Shown: piece after piece, positions 35,846 to 48,014 of the stretch
Layout: each line of letters begins with the position of its first letter
Position numbering within the stretch: the stretch's first letter is position 1
NCBI GenBank assembly: GCA_001662655.1
Contig: KV460218.1
From: Pseudogymnoascus verrucosus
Taxonomy: Eukaryota
Reading direction: 5' to 3' (one strand)
DNA length: 64,000 nt
The notes under the pieces: model-generated
Seen by the model: the letters and a program-made list of their open reading frames with translations, nothing else
The model's database searches: none
Told to the model about the DNA's origin: nothing
Position numbers and translations under genes: made by a program

Positions 35846-36580
35846 ATGCTATTAGCTATAAGATACCACTCGAGAGGCTGGGTGAGCAGTAGGAAAAAAG
35901 AGAAGAGAGACGCAGAAATTGAAATTAACGTAATGAATGAAGAGTTAGAGCCTATCCTACGTGGAGAATGGGAACTTGCAAATAGAATGCGAAGAATGTC
36001 ACTCCGTAATCTTCCTGGTACAAAACCACAGTGGAGATGGAATCAAAAAATAGAAAGTTAAGTTGATAAGCAGGAGAGGGCAGAATTGATTAGTATCGCT
36101 ACTAAAAGAAGATTATTATTCCAAAACTCTTTCCATTTGCAAAAGGGTGTACGAAAAGTCACCCTCAAACTCTTGTATAAGAGGATAACGCCCCATTACA
36201 TAGTCGCTATATTCAGCAATAGGATTTAACGGCTATTTTGGTGTCCTAATTCACCTGACCTTAATATAATTGAGCTATGTTGGCCATGGATGAAGCGATG
36301 TACTACACGGAAGGGAGCACTGCAAAGCAGAGCGGAGGTAGTACCGCCGTGGGAGAGCTGTTTCGAAGACCTCCTACAAGCTCAAATCCAAGCGTGGATT
36401 GAGAGGATTCGTCGGCACATACAGAAGGTCATTGAGCTTAAAGGTGGTAACGAGTACAAGGAGGGGCGGGCAGATTGAATAACTTCGCATAAATTGAATT
36501 ATAAACAGCGGCGTTACTAGCGTAGGACAAAACTCATGAATACCTCCTCCGTATCGGTCAAGCAAATTCGAGAACGACTG
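35846..36580 (+). mobile_element. Degenerate Tc1/mariner (IS630-like DDE) transposase 3' fragment with possible right TIR
   Basis: EDNAPLH (~36181), WCPNSPDLNIIELCW (~36239) and GGNEYKEG motifs, interrupted by stops and frameshifts. The segment ends ...CGACTG. Confidence 0.75.
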
Positions 36581-36595
36581 GATCTCGAATTATCC

Positions 36596-37476
36596 TCACA
36601 CAATATTAGGTAATTCCAAATCCATAACGACAGCATCGTGAACTATCTTCTCAGGAAAGGCAACATAGCCTTGTCCCTTGACAAAGGTAGCATTCCAAGG
36701 AGCCCGGGTATTGCCCTCAATCAGCTGAGTATAGAACTCAGCATGGGCAGGGCCATCAATCGCAGAATAAACCGGGTCTCCATCTGGTGTACGCTCATCA
36801 GCGAAGTAAAATCTAGTATTGTCAGTAAATTAGACAGCCGGCACCTGTGCAAAATCACTCAGAGGGCTTACTTGTAACCCTGGTCTTTATATTCTTCTGC
36901 TAAATAGTGAATTAAATGAGCAGCGCCTGCTTTGCCCACTCCTTGGGCTAACAGCGGGCGTACAACCATAAAAGGAAGCTTGTTACCAGTATAAATGAAC
37001 GTTCTGGACGAGCTTTGGGGTAGCAAAGCGAAGGATTTTATAGCTAAGTGCGCCGCGATATAGGCAGAAACAATATTGATATTGTTGTCTGATTGAAAAG
37101 CGGAAATTTGCTGATCGAGAGTGGTTGACGGATTCATGCTGATAGCAGAAGCTATTGAAGTATTGAGTTATTTATATTTCTTTGCTTTCACTGCATAATT
37201 TCACTGTACAGTCCTAGCGGAACCGAATGGTTACATACCATTATAGACCACGACGCTTGGATGGCCAAGTTCTTTGACAACTGCAGCAAATACAACTTCA
37301 ACAGAAGACGGGTCTCTGAGGTCCTCTTGAATCCGAAGGTATCCCTCTATGCCGCCCGCATGTTTGTCTGAGCGTGAAACCACGGCAACTTTGTAGCCTT
37401 GCACTGCGAAGGCTTGCGCAACGTCGACTCCAACGTTGAGACCAAAACCAAAGATAACAGCAACTTTGTCGCCCAT
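36596..37476 (-). CDS. Short-chain dehydrogenase/reductase-like protein, 3 exons
   Basis: Rossmann start VAVIFGFGLNVG, then PSVVVYN, FIYTGN, GVGKAGAAHLI and FYFADERTPDG. Two GT-AG introns; TGA at 36596. Confidence 0.85.
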
Positions 37477-37872
37477 ATTTGGATCAAGGGGTTGAAAATA
37501 GACCTCGAATATATTCTTTTTAAATATTTCCGATTCCAGACTTCTAATGTAGTTAGAGATTTTAGTAAACTACGCGCGTTCAGAGACCAGCCGGAAATAC
37601 TTGCAACAACTTAGTAAGTCTGTAATTAATACTCAGATCATTGCCCCACTTTAACACATGAATTATTATCCTGTGTGATTTGTTCTCGCCTTTACTATAC
37701 ACTTCCTCAATAGTTTTGACGTTGACAAATGAGGTCAAATTACAAATCCAATTTCCTCCGTTAACAAGGCCTATATTCAATATAAGGTCTTTCACTAAGA
37801 CTGATCATGCGATCCGTACTATCTTAGCTTCGATATGATGCAACCAATCATTACTTAGCCTTACGGTCCAGA

Positions 37873-37980
37873 TTACGGAAGGCTGGCAACAATTCGCGAA
37901 CCTTATTTCTGATATAGTATTCCGAATTGTGGGACACTTTGTGGAACTAGATTAGGTAAGGCTAGCAACAATTTGCGAAT
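37873..37980 (-). repeat. Two inverted copies of the repeat unit found at 40091-40263
   Basis: TTACGGAAGGCTGGCAACAATTCGCGAACCTTA closely matches the reverse complement of TAAGGTTCGCAAATTGTTGCCCGCCTTCTGTAA. Confidence 0.8.
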
Positions 37981-38162
37981 TGTACCTCTTTTGGTCGTAC
38001 GGGCTGTGTAATAACCTGGCATTACAAATCATGTGATATTAATGGGCCAGATATAATTTAGCACTAGCTCAGACGCTCAAGTGCCATAGTATATAAGGGC
38101 AACGTAGTATATTAGAAAGAAAGTAGGACAACGCCTTTTCTCCGTTCAAATATTATTTCGCC

Positions 38163-39528
38163 ATGGCTAAAACCACCTTCCAATCCCTTATCCTAGCAAA
38201 GCACCCAAAAACGAACATTGTCCCTGGCGAGACCTTCAAACTGGCCACGAACCCAATCCTTACAGCGGATGACCTTAAAGATGGTCAAGTACTTTTGGAG
38301 ACACTGTACATCTCCATCGACCCAGCAATGCGAGGATGGATCGAAGAAGGTACGTACGCACGCAGGAATTCAGCCTAGGCTTCATATTATCCAGGAATAT
38401 TCGGCTGCCGTATCTTCATCCATGAAGCTAACAGACACAGGTTCAGGCTCCTATCGCCCTTCGGTAGAAATTTTTGTGGAAGTTGGGGCTGTTATGATTG
38501 GGGTTGTAATTGCAAACGTCCTTGCTTCTAAGGCCCCAACCATCTCCGTAGGACAGAAGGTTTTCACGTTCAATGCTGGATGGGCCGAGCTTGCAATTAC
38601 TGATGCTGCGAACGTGACTCCGATAAATCTTCCGAATGGTGCCAAACTTACCGACAGCCTAGGAGTTCTGGGATTCTCAGGATTATGTGCTTATTTTGGC
38701 TTAATTAAAGAGGCAGATATCAAGGCTGGCGACTTTGTCGTTATTTCTGGTGCTGCTGGTGCAATTGGGACTGCTGCTTGCCAAATTGCCTTGTTAAAGG
38801 GCGCAAAAGTGCTAGGTACTGTGGGGACGGATGACAAGGTCAGCTATTTGAAGGAGCTGGGTTGTGATGCATTGAATTACAAAGACAAAGATTTTGCAAA
38901 GAAGTTTGAGCAAAAGACGGATGGGCTCATCGATGTTTTTTTTGACAATGTCGGTGGCAAGATTTTGGATCTTGCATTGAGTAGGGCAAAGCCGCGAGCA
39001 AGATTTGTTCTTTGTGGTGGTATGCTTAGGCGTTACTCTTATTAGGCAAGAGGTTGATTGCTGACGCTTTATAGCCACCAGTTTGTATAACTCTGGAAAT
39101 ACAGCGATAATTGAGGTAACTCTCTCTGCCACGAATGTTTTATTTTAGCATATGCTGACAATCGCAACTACGATAGAACTATCTGGACATCATTTTTAAG
39201 AGCATTCGGTACATTGCTGTCTCTTAAACCAAATTACATAGGGCTAACTTCTACCAAGCTTACAAGGCTACTTTATGAACGAATATGCAGATCAATTTTC
39301 TGTTACCACCAAGATTCTCGCACAGTGGCTAGCAGAAGGCAAGCTGAAGCGTAGCGAGACCATTATCAAAGGTGGGCTGGCTGTTGCTGAAGAGGCGCTC
39401 GCTGGCATATTCACAGGAACCAACACTGGTAAGCCTACGAGCTGACAATTTGTTGGGAGAGTTCATGATTCGCTGACTATGACTTAACTGTAGGCAAGTT
39501 GCTCGTTCAAGTCAAGGAGGAGAAGTGA
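38163..39528 (+). CDS. NADP-dependent zinc-independent MDR oxidoreductase (prostaglandin/alkenal reductase-like), multi-exon
   Basis: LYISIDPAMRGW, LGVLGFSGLCAYFGL, VVISGAAGAIG, IDVFFDNVGG, ARFVLCG and C-terminal NTG|KLLV motifs; several GT-AG introns. Confidence 0.88.
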
Positions 39529-40090
39529 GAGCACGGCTGGACTTAGACGTTGTGCCTTTTAATGGCAATCTTAAATTAGGGATCTAATGCAGTTCTGTTT
39601 AGATCTGGGAACCATTTTGCCTGCCAATTGGATACTTCTTAAAGGCACAAATTGGACTAGTTGTTGTGACTAAATATTCGCTTTGCTTATAATTGTTGTA
39701 GCAAGCAATGTGCGCTGCAGAAGTGAACTGCGTCCCCCAAAAGCTAAATTTGCAGGTACTTTTGCATGTACCCTCTAATTCCTCAAAGGGACTAGGATCC
39801 ATTACTAGATTTAGAAGCTCTAAGCGAGAGCGAGAGCGAGAGTGGACACGAGAATAGGCTCTAGAGTAGGAGTGAGAGTTAGAGAGTTGGAGTAAGTACG
39901 AGAGTGGGAGCAAGAGCGAGTGAGAGCAACGATGTGAGAATTCATTAAGATAACGAATTTATGTACCCCTCTACATAAAGCACCACGAAAAGGCAATTAG
40001 TAGCCGCGAACGCCAAACAGTGCAGTCACTTCCAGACCACGCTGTCGCTTCCTCCAACTATGAGCGAAGCGAATATTTGGTCATGACGAT

Positions 40091-40263
40091 TAGTGGTAGA
40101 ATTAAGGTTCGCAAATTGTTGCCCGCCTTCTGTAAGCTAGCTCCATAAATCAAACTAGTGGCAGAATCAAGGTTCGCAAATTGTTACCCACCTTCCGTAA
40201 GCTAGCTCCATAAATCGAACTATGGTAGAATTAAGGTTCGCAAATTGTTCCTTGTTTCCGTAA
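40091..40263 (+). repeat. Tandem array of ~2.7 copies of a 64-65 bp unit
   Basis: AAGGTTCGCAAATTGTT recurs near 40103, 40168 and 40232; the first two copies continue GTAAGCTAGCTCCATAAATC. Confidence 0.92.
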
Positions 40264-40545
40264 CCTCGTGCCGCAAGGTTGGGCATCAATCGCGGAATTG
40301 CACATTGTTTCCGCGTTTCAGATGATAACCTCGGGTAGAGACATTGAACTATCAAATCACAGTGTGAAGTCTTTTTTGTCAATACGGGCTTGGCTTGAGT
40401 ACGATTCATTTAATCCAAGTTAGGCTACGTTCAATCCGAAACAGTCTAGCTATGTCTCCCCACATCCCAGCAATTGTTATGGGGATGACTCTTCCGCTGC
40501 GGAGACGGGTACAGGTCGGACCTTGGTGAGCCCAGTCTGGGAGGC

Positions 40546-41322
40546 TCAGACCAGTTCGCCCCAGCCGCCGGTGACGAAGTGATTGTGGCCGGTGACATAC
40601 GATGAGCGATCGGAAACGAGAAAGGCGATCACCTCAGCCAATTCTTCCGACTTGCCTCCCCGGCCCTGCAGTGGTACCGTGGACATGAACTGCTGGTCGG
40701 TGATGCCCATGGCAGTGGTAATCTGCTTGCGCACCTCATCGCCGCCGGGTGTGTAGATTGGGCCGGGCGTCACGATGTTGACACGAACGCCCAGCGGCGC
40801 GAGCTCCTTAGCCAGGCCCTGGGAGTAGTTGTTCAGCGCTGCCTTGGCCGCGCCGTAATGCGCCATTGCGCCTGCGAATGGAACCAGGCCACCGGCCGAC
40901 ACGTTCACAATAGCGCCGTGCTTCGACTGCTTCAATGCCGGCAGCACTGCGGCCGTCACCCGGAGAGTTGCCAGGAAGTTGATATTCAGCGAGTCGATCC
41001 ATTCATCATCGGGAATTGCTTCCAGGCTGGCATGAAGCCGAGCCGCGCCGACGCTGTTGATCAGGATATCGATCCTGCCATCCAAAGCCTCAAGCGCGGC
41101 GTGCCCTACAGCTGCTGCGCCTTCTTTTGTACGGGTATCACCCGCTACGAAGATGGCGCCTACTGGTGTTTCTTCGTGGGAGTTGCGGGCTGTAACCACG
41201 ACCTTCGCGCCGCCATCAATCAGGCGCTGCGCCGCCGCTGCACCGATACCGCGGGAGCCGCCAGTCACGAGAGCCCGGAGCCCGGAAAATTCGTTGGTGA
41301 GATCAAGAAGATACTTCGACAT
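40546..41322 (-). CDS. Classical SDR oxidoreductase, 258 aa, intronless
   Basis: ALVTGGSRGIG, catalytic YGAAK, VRVNIVTPG, SSYVTG..HFVTGG. Confidence 0.93.
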   Translation of the reverse strand: MSKYLLDLTNEFSGLRALVTGGSRGIGAAAAQRLIDGGAKVVVTARNSHEETPVGAIFVAGDTRTKEGAAAVGHAALEALDGRIDILINSVGAARLHASLEAIPDDEWIDSLNINFLATLRVTAAVLPALKQSKHGAIVNVSAGGLVPFAGAMAHYGAAKAALNNYSQGLAKELAPLGVRVNIVTPGPIYTPGGDEVRKQITTAMGITDQQFMSTVPLQGRGGKSEELAEVIAFLVSDRSSYVTGHNHFVTGGWGELV

Positions 41323-41543
41323 AGTTTCGTTTGCTTCGTACAGTGCAGAGGAGGTTCGAGCTGCGGAGGATGCTCCCTCTCCCTTTTATACTGTTCATCA
41401 TTAGCAGTCGGCGGGATTCTCAGCGCCGGGTAAAAAATGGTGCAAATCGTTCATCTCTCTACGCTAAAGCATTGCGATAAAATGATTGGTAACGTTCGTG
41501 TCGTGTTTTCGTGTTAGGTGCAACTGGTCATGGCGGCTCTTAG

Positions 41544-41673
41544 CAATCACTCGCAAATACCTGCCAACGTTTCATAAGCAAGATCGCCAATTATCTGGTG
41601 CAAGACATACCAATCACCCGCAAATACTTGCCAATGTCTCATAAGCAAGGTTACTAATTAGGTGCAGGGCATA
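41544..41673 (+). repeat. Two 67-bp-period direct repeats in the SDR/MFS divergent promoter
   Basis: CAATCAC(T/C)CGCAAATAC(C/T)TGCCAA..TCATAAGCAAG at 41544 and 41611. Confidence 0.85.
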
Positions 41674-41975
41674 GTACATGGTAAATGATGACGAAATCGT
41701 GTCACGGCTCGATATTAGAATTAAAGTTAAGAGTAGGGCGACCTCAGGAGGTATGTAAGCATTATTTGCCGTGCTCCAAAGCTTAAAGCTCGCAAATTTT
41801 TGCAATGTTTATCAACAATCAGTAGCGCAAATTTGTGCGAGCATATTTCTTAAATACCTGGCACGAGAGGTAGAAAGTCTCTTCTCATTATTCCTGTAAT
41901 TGTTCATCACTAATCTGTTCTACTACAATCATTTTTTCCCCTCCTTAACACAGAGATGTCAACCAAACCATCATC

Positions 41976-43773
41976 ATGAACGACCGAAAAGACCTAGGCA
42001 CAGCCTCAGAAAATAATAATTTAGATGATAAACCACTGGAAGCTAATTTAAAGAGCGAAGGTGAGGCAGTGGTCTCATCTGAGGCTGTGGAGACGACACC
42101 AAAGGAGGATGAGATTGCCGACTATCCACATGGAACCCGACTTGTCATTATCACAGTTCGTACTCCTGTTATTCTGATACTTCGAAGAACCTTCCTAATA
42201 ATATCAACCAACAGATTGCTCTCTGCTTGTCAGTTCTGTGCTTCTCTCTCGACAACACGATCATAGCGACTGCCATTCCTCGCATTACGGACGAGTTCCA
42301 CGCCCTGGATGATGTCGGATGGTATGCTTCGGCATAGCTACTTGCCGGCTGCGCTCCCCAGCTGATATACGGCAAGCTCTATACATTTTACGACATTAAA
42401 TTAGTGTATCTGATTGCCTTGTCTATATTCGAGCTCGGATCAGTTGTTTGTGGTGTCGCACCCAACTCTACAGCTCTCATTGTCGGTCGTGCAATTGCTG
42501 GCCTCGGTGGCGCCGGTATCTTCTCCGGCGCAATGCTTATCATTTCCAGAACCGTTCCTCTACGCCAACGCCCTACCTACACTTCTCTCATCGGCGCTAT
42601 GTTGGCATTGCTTCTGTCGTTGCGCCACTGATAGGGGGCGCTCTCACGGATAAAGCTACTTGGAGATGGTGCTTCTATCTTAATTTGCCTATTGGTAGCG
42701 TAACAGCGTTCTTTATTGGGTTCTACTTTCAGTCTCCCGGGAGGACATCGAAGCCAAAATTTGGATGGCGAGCACAATTGAACCAGTTTGATGCCTTTGG
42801 TACTCTATTATTCGTACCATCAATAGTTTGCCTGCTACTAGCGCTGCAATTTGGGGGCTCAAAATACTATTGGGCCAATGCCAAGGTCATCGCCCTTTTT
42901 GTTTTATTTGGTGTACTCTTTGTCGGATTTGTCCTGGTCCAACTTTGGAAAGGGGAGAATGCGACAGTGCATCCAAGAATCTTTAAAGTCCGCAACGTGT
43001 GGGGTTCTGTTGTTTTCAATATCACACTCGGCGCATCGTTTTTTGTCGTTGTATACTTTGTGAGTCTCTTCCCTGCTCTAATCTGAATTCCATTGCTAAT
43101 GATACTCTCTTGAAGATCCCAATTTGGTTCCAGGCAATTAAAGGCGCCTCCCCTATTAAATCAGGCGTTATGAACATCCCGATAGTCCTTGCAGTCATCA
43201 TCTGCACCTTCATTTCCTGGGGCGGCATTACCGCCTCTGGCTACTATGGCCCATTTTTATTATTCCCATCTGTAGTTTCCTCCGTCGGTGTCGGCCTCCT
43301 CACAACTTTCCACGTCGATAGTGGCCATGCTTCATGGATTGGATATCAGGTTCTCTACGGCATGGGGATCGGAGCAGGCATGCAAGTCTGTTTTGTCGTT
43401 GTTCAGGTAGCGGTACCGCCCGTTGATATTCCTGTTGCAATGGCGTTGGTTGTCTTTGCACAGACTCTGGGAGGTGCCATCTTCGTTTCTGTCTCTGATA
43501 CCATCTTCTCAAATCTGCTGGTGCAGAACTTGGCGGATGCCGTTCCTGGCCTATCACCCTATATTGTTTCATCAACAGGCGCAACAGCGCTTAAGAACGT
43601 TATTACTCCTCAGTACTTGCCAGGTGTTCTGGTCGCATATAACCACACGATCACTCAAACGTGGTATGCGGCTGTAGCACTAGCTGCAGTTTCCATCATA
43701 GGGGGTTGCGGCTGTTGATTGGACTATTTCCCTGAAAGAAAAAAAGGTCGACGCCATAGCTGGTGCCGCTTAA
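41976..43773 (+). pseudogene. DHA2/14-TMS MFS efflux transporter, apparently inactivated
   Basis: Motifs [58 protein letters not shown]. Lesions: TAG at 42335-42337, a -1 frameshift near 42602 and a +1 frameshift in the G-run at 43701-43705. Confidence 0.8.
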
Positions 43774-44329
43774 TACCGGTTTTGATGTTCATAGTATGCA
43801 TCTAATGCATGTGTGCGACTGATGGAGGGATATTTGATTGCCCTTAGAGGCTGTCAATTTGAATTCTGAACGTGTATCATTAATAGTTTGCGTTAGTAAA
43901 AAATGTGTATTACTGCAAGGGAAGAATACCCATCTATCATATAGCCTTGTCTGTGGAGACATCTATTGATAAAAGCGACTTAGAAGTAGGATGAAACAGC
44001 TTAGATTAGATAGCAATTTATCTTGATAGTTAATAGTATTTATTATTTTGTCATTAAGGCTAAGTTAGTTAAGTACGGCAGATGACCACTGAGAGATGAC
44101 GTAGTCAATGATAAAGACCCTTTTGATAACTATGGCTACGAATAAGATTACTAAGCTGAAGATTGGTAATAACGCAGTAGGCGCGACGAGCCACCTCATC
44201 TCTCTCCTTGACGACATGCCGCATCATTCTGGTACATTAATCCCCCAGATCATACGAGGCCCCAGCGGGTCTGTGATGGTGATATAGAACCTCGTGCTTT
44301 TGACGATTTTCGACCTTGATTCACGTGCA

Positions 44330-46131
44330 ATGGATGGCGAATCACGAGACAGCAAGCAGCAAGCTTGTTGGACATGCAAAGGTCTTTAATGAGTTTCATA
44401 GAGCCTCTCAGGCATCTCCCTGATCGAAAGTAACTTGTCTTCTAACGTTGTAGCAGATCGCAAAGTCCGGTGTGATAGGTCTTTCCCGATTTGTATTAAT
44501 TGCACAAGGTCAAAAAGAGAATGCATTCGTCTAGCCACTCGACTATCGTGGCCGAAGCCAAGGGACGCCCGTCGATTTATCACTGGTCAGCACGCGCTCC
44601 CCAATCAGGTATTACCTGAAGGTGGAGCTATCTTTGTGAATATGTCCCGATGGGACATAACCTTGCAGGTGGAATTGGAGAAGAAGCATCTTTCTCGTAA
44701 ATCTCTCGCTGCTCGCCATTCCTGCAAGTTTGCTAACGAACAATAGCGGCGCACTTTAATGTGTGGTCGAATGACGTGCCTGGTCAGTTATCACCCATAC
44801 CTAGAGTCGGTGCCGACAGACAGATGATTCTCTCGTATTGTAAGTCATCGCGATTGCTTGTCCCATTCCAATTAACGTGAATCCTAACATATTAATATCA
44901 AATATAGTTACAACTATGGTGCCGCACCTATTGGCCCCATTTGGAGACGACAGTAGATTTTCCCAATTCCTCTTGAGAATTGCCCTCAAGGATGAAACAC
45001 CGGCATCTAGTGCCGTACTACAAGGGATTCTAGCACTGTCATCATTGAAATTGTACGGGGGCGCAGAAGCCTCTCTATTCAAGAGCAAGGCAATCTCGAT
45101 GCTCGCAGCTTCAGTGAAAGAAGGGATGCACCTCAGTGAGCACCTGCAGTGTCTAGCTGCCAGCCTGTTATTAGGCTGGTATAAGGTAAGATGAAAAGTT
45201 CTTCTACATGCATAGACAGCTAAGTCATAAATAGATCTCCAGTAGCACTGATACTGCTGATGGTTGGGCCTTCTTTGTGTGTGGGGCAATTAAACTTGCG
45301 AAAGCGATGTCTCTCCCGCGCATTTTGGGTAGTGACGAAGTACTTCTACTCGACTGGTTATCTTGCCATACTATACTTGCCCAGTTCAGCACATCTCACT
45401 GGCGTCAATCTGAGTCGTGCGTGTATCGTCAGCCGTGTGCAGAAGATCCGCAGCTCCGGAATATCTACTCACTCATCCCTGATAGATCACGGGTATGCTC
45501 TTTCTAGCGATCTTAGCTAAACTGTTGGCGCTATTGTTACTGACGATCGAAGATCATGAGCTTCCTAGGCTGCTCTTTCGAGTTTTTGGATATTCTTTCG
45601 CTTACTTGTTCTGCTGTGCTGCCTCGATCTCACCCCAACTTCCTGTCTGGAGAACATAAGCAACAGTTAGATTCTATAGAGCTGCGTCTCATATCAATAC
45701 GCCGGCATAACGACTTTACCACAACTACACCTCGAGAGCAAAAACGAACAGACCTAGTTGCCGAGCTCTACAGACTAGCCGGACTCGTTTATCTTCACCG
45801 AGGCGGCCGAAGATCTCGAGTGGGCTTTCAGCCAACAGAAAGTGTCCTCAGAAACGCTTTTAGTATTATCAAACAGCTTGAATACTGTGAGAGCGTGTGG
45901 CCGCTGTTCATAATTGGATGTGAAGCTAGATCAGATGAGCAAAGGCTTCTTATCCACGAATTTTTTTCCAAGGCTTTAAAAAGACGGGACACTGACAATA
46001 TACGGTCAATAAGGAGAATGATTGAATCATCTTGGATACAAGATGATCTATGTGAAGATCAAGAGACAGACTACCAACTAAAGATCAACGCTCTAATGAG
46101 CGCTAATACAGTTTTGCCAATTTTTATGTAG
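44330..46131 (+). CDS. Zn(II)2Cys6 transcription factor with fungal-specific C-terminal domain; multi-exon
   Basis: After splicing the ~44382-44456 intron it reads CWTCK.RKVRCDRSFPICINCTRSKREC..RLSWP. C-terminal AELYRLAGLVYL and WPLFIIGCEA. Internal exon boundaries not fully verified. Confidence 0.85.
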
Positions 46132-46376
46132 GGGCCTCTAAAGGATTATGCCTTTTAGGGTATAGATATAATCTTAGTAGATAAATTTAAACTTAGATAG
46201 ATAATAAAGGCTAAACAACATTATCCTTTTTAAGAATTATGTAGAGATGGTGTATAAAATTAGACTTAGAGACAAAAAAGATATATCTTAAACTTCATTC
46301 CATTTAACTTCCTTAGCCCTATTAGCTTCATACTACTATTCATCTAATAGATTAGATTTCCCTATAAGACCTTAAC

Positions 46377-46841
46377 TTAGATCCCATTATTCCACTTAAC
46401 GCACTTAATACGACGACCGTCAGCACCCCTTCGATCCAAATTCACACATGGATGACTATTATCGTTCGCCCAGCTTCCTAGCAAATCGCCCGTACACCTG
46501 CCGCCGTTCCCGGTCTTGCCGCCGTAGTAGAACCAGGGCCCGGAGGCAAAGTAGACGGAATGACTGGTATCGTCCATCGTGACGTCGACGTTGTAGTTGC
46601 TTTGATGCTCATAGGAGGCGGTTCCTTGGGCACTGTTGCGAGAAAGGAAGCGGGAGTTAGTAAGCGTTGCATTCGTATAACTCGTAGGTTATAGATGAAA
46701 TGGGATATGTGGGTTGAGGTAGGTGTAGAAGGCTTACCAGTTACCGCTTGTAAACTCATTGGCTTTACGATTAGCAGTGGCAGAGGCTCCCGTAGCAGCG
46801 CCTAGAGCGAAGACGGCAGTGAGAATGAAGCTGATTTGCAT
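46377..46841 (-). CDS. Small secreted protein, 119 aa, 4 Cys, 2 exons
   Basis: Signal peptide MQISFILTAVFALGAATGASA. Intron 46737-46633 (GTAAGC..CTAAC..CAG) joins in frame. TATA-like element near 46990. Confidence 0.85.
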
Positions 46842-47916
46842 GGTGCTGATTGGGAGAGGGTGTTTGGTATTGCAGGATAAAGTTGAGGTGATCTTAATAG
46901 TCCCAAACTTTCGCTTTGTGGAAACTACTATCTAAAGCTCTTGTGAATGATGATGGATGAAGGAGAGTTTCCTTCGGACCTGAGAACCTATATATACCCT
47001 TTTGCTTAGAGACGAGCATCAAGCACATCAGCAGGCCGAGCAAGTCAGTGGGCTAAGCACGAGAGTAGAGGTATTTTTGCGACTGGTTGGATGCTGCAGC
47101 TTGCAAACGCCCTGGTCAGCAGCGTCTCAGTCTCCGAGAGTTCGTGGTAGAGGATTGGCGATGGTGGGGCCGCGAGGCAGATCGAAGGCGCTTGTAGTTA
47201 AGCTCAGCTCGTATCTGGGCCAGTGAGGGGCTAGTCCGAGGGGGGTATCGCGTCTGAGGAGGGTATCGCGACTGAGGAGGCAGGACTGCAATACCGTAAT
47301 TCATGCTACATCAGGTCAGCCTCCTACTGTGGGTGGCACAGTTCTATGCTGTGTTGAAATACTGCTGAATGGCATTATTCCCTAGGGTTCAGCTCATATG
47401 GTTTGGATAGAACTAAGTTTCAGCTTATATAGACCTTTCGTCACCCTGTTGGCACTGCTGCCGACACTGGCTTCTTGAATACCCCTCTTTGACGATCGTG
47501 CATCTGGGAAATTACCTTATCTCAGCCCCTAACGACTAACTGGTTTTGGACCCTAGTTGGCTAGCTTTCATTCCTGGTGTAGAATGGACTTCCAAAAGCG
47601 GTGCTATCCGAGTGTCAGAGATACGCGGGCAGTTATTTTTGCAACCCCACTGCACAGGTTTAGGTATTAATATAGACTTTGAGAGTTTATATTTAGTGCA
47701 CTCCTTTGGCTTAACCTAGTGTATATAAGGCACGAGTAACCACTCATTAGATTAGACAGATCACAATCAATTCAAGTCTTCACTCAATCTTTAATATCAA
47801 CTTAGGACCTCATAAGCCAACCTTATAGAAACTTTGTGCCATCAACTAAAACCACACAACAAGATGTTAACAGATAGATGGAAGGTTACCTGGACGACAT
47901 GCGGTCTCATAGGAAT

Positions 47917-47970
47917 AAGGATCGAAGGATCGAAGGATCGAGGGATCGAAGGATCAAAGGATCGAAGGAT
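47917..47970. repeat. (AAGGATCG)n tandem repeat, ~6.5 copies
   Basis: Directly visible. Confidence 0.9.
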
Positions 47971-48014
47971 AAAATGAATACTAGGGGCAAGCGTCTATTA
48001 TTGTAACCACCGAC

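Noticed and set aside
39599..39913. 104-aa ORF with DPSPFE and a degenerate Cys/His segment
   Set aside because: May be a transposase C-terminal relic, but it is too degraded and low in complexity to call.
40091..40263. Possible CRISPR-like array
   Set aside because: Eukaryotic context, the intervening sequence is also repeated rather than unique, and there are no cas genes.
47613..47861. Possible solo LTR (TG start, TATATAA, CAACA end)
   Set aside because: No target-site duplication, no convincing inverted termini and no second copy in the window.
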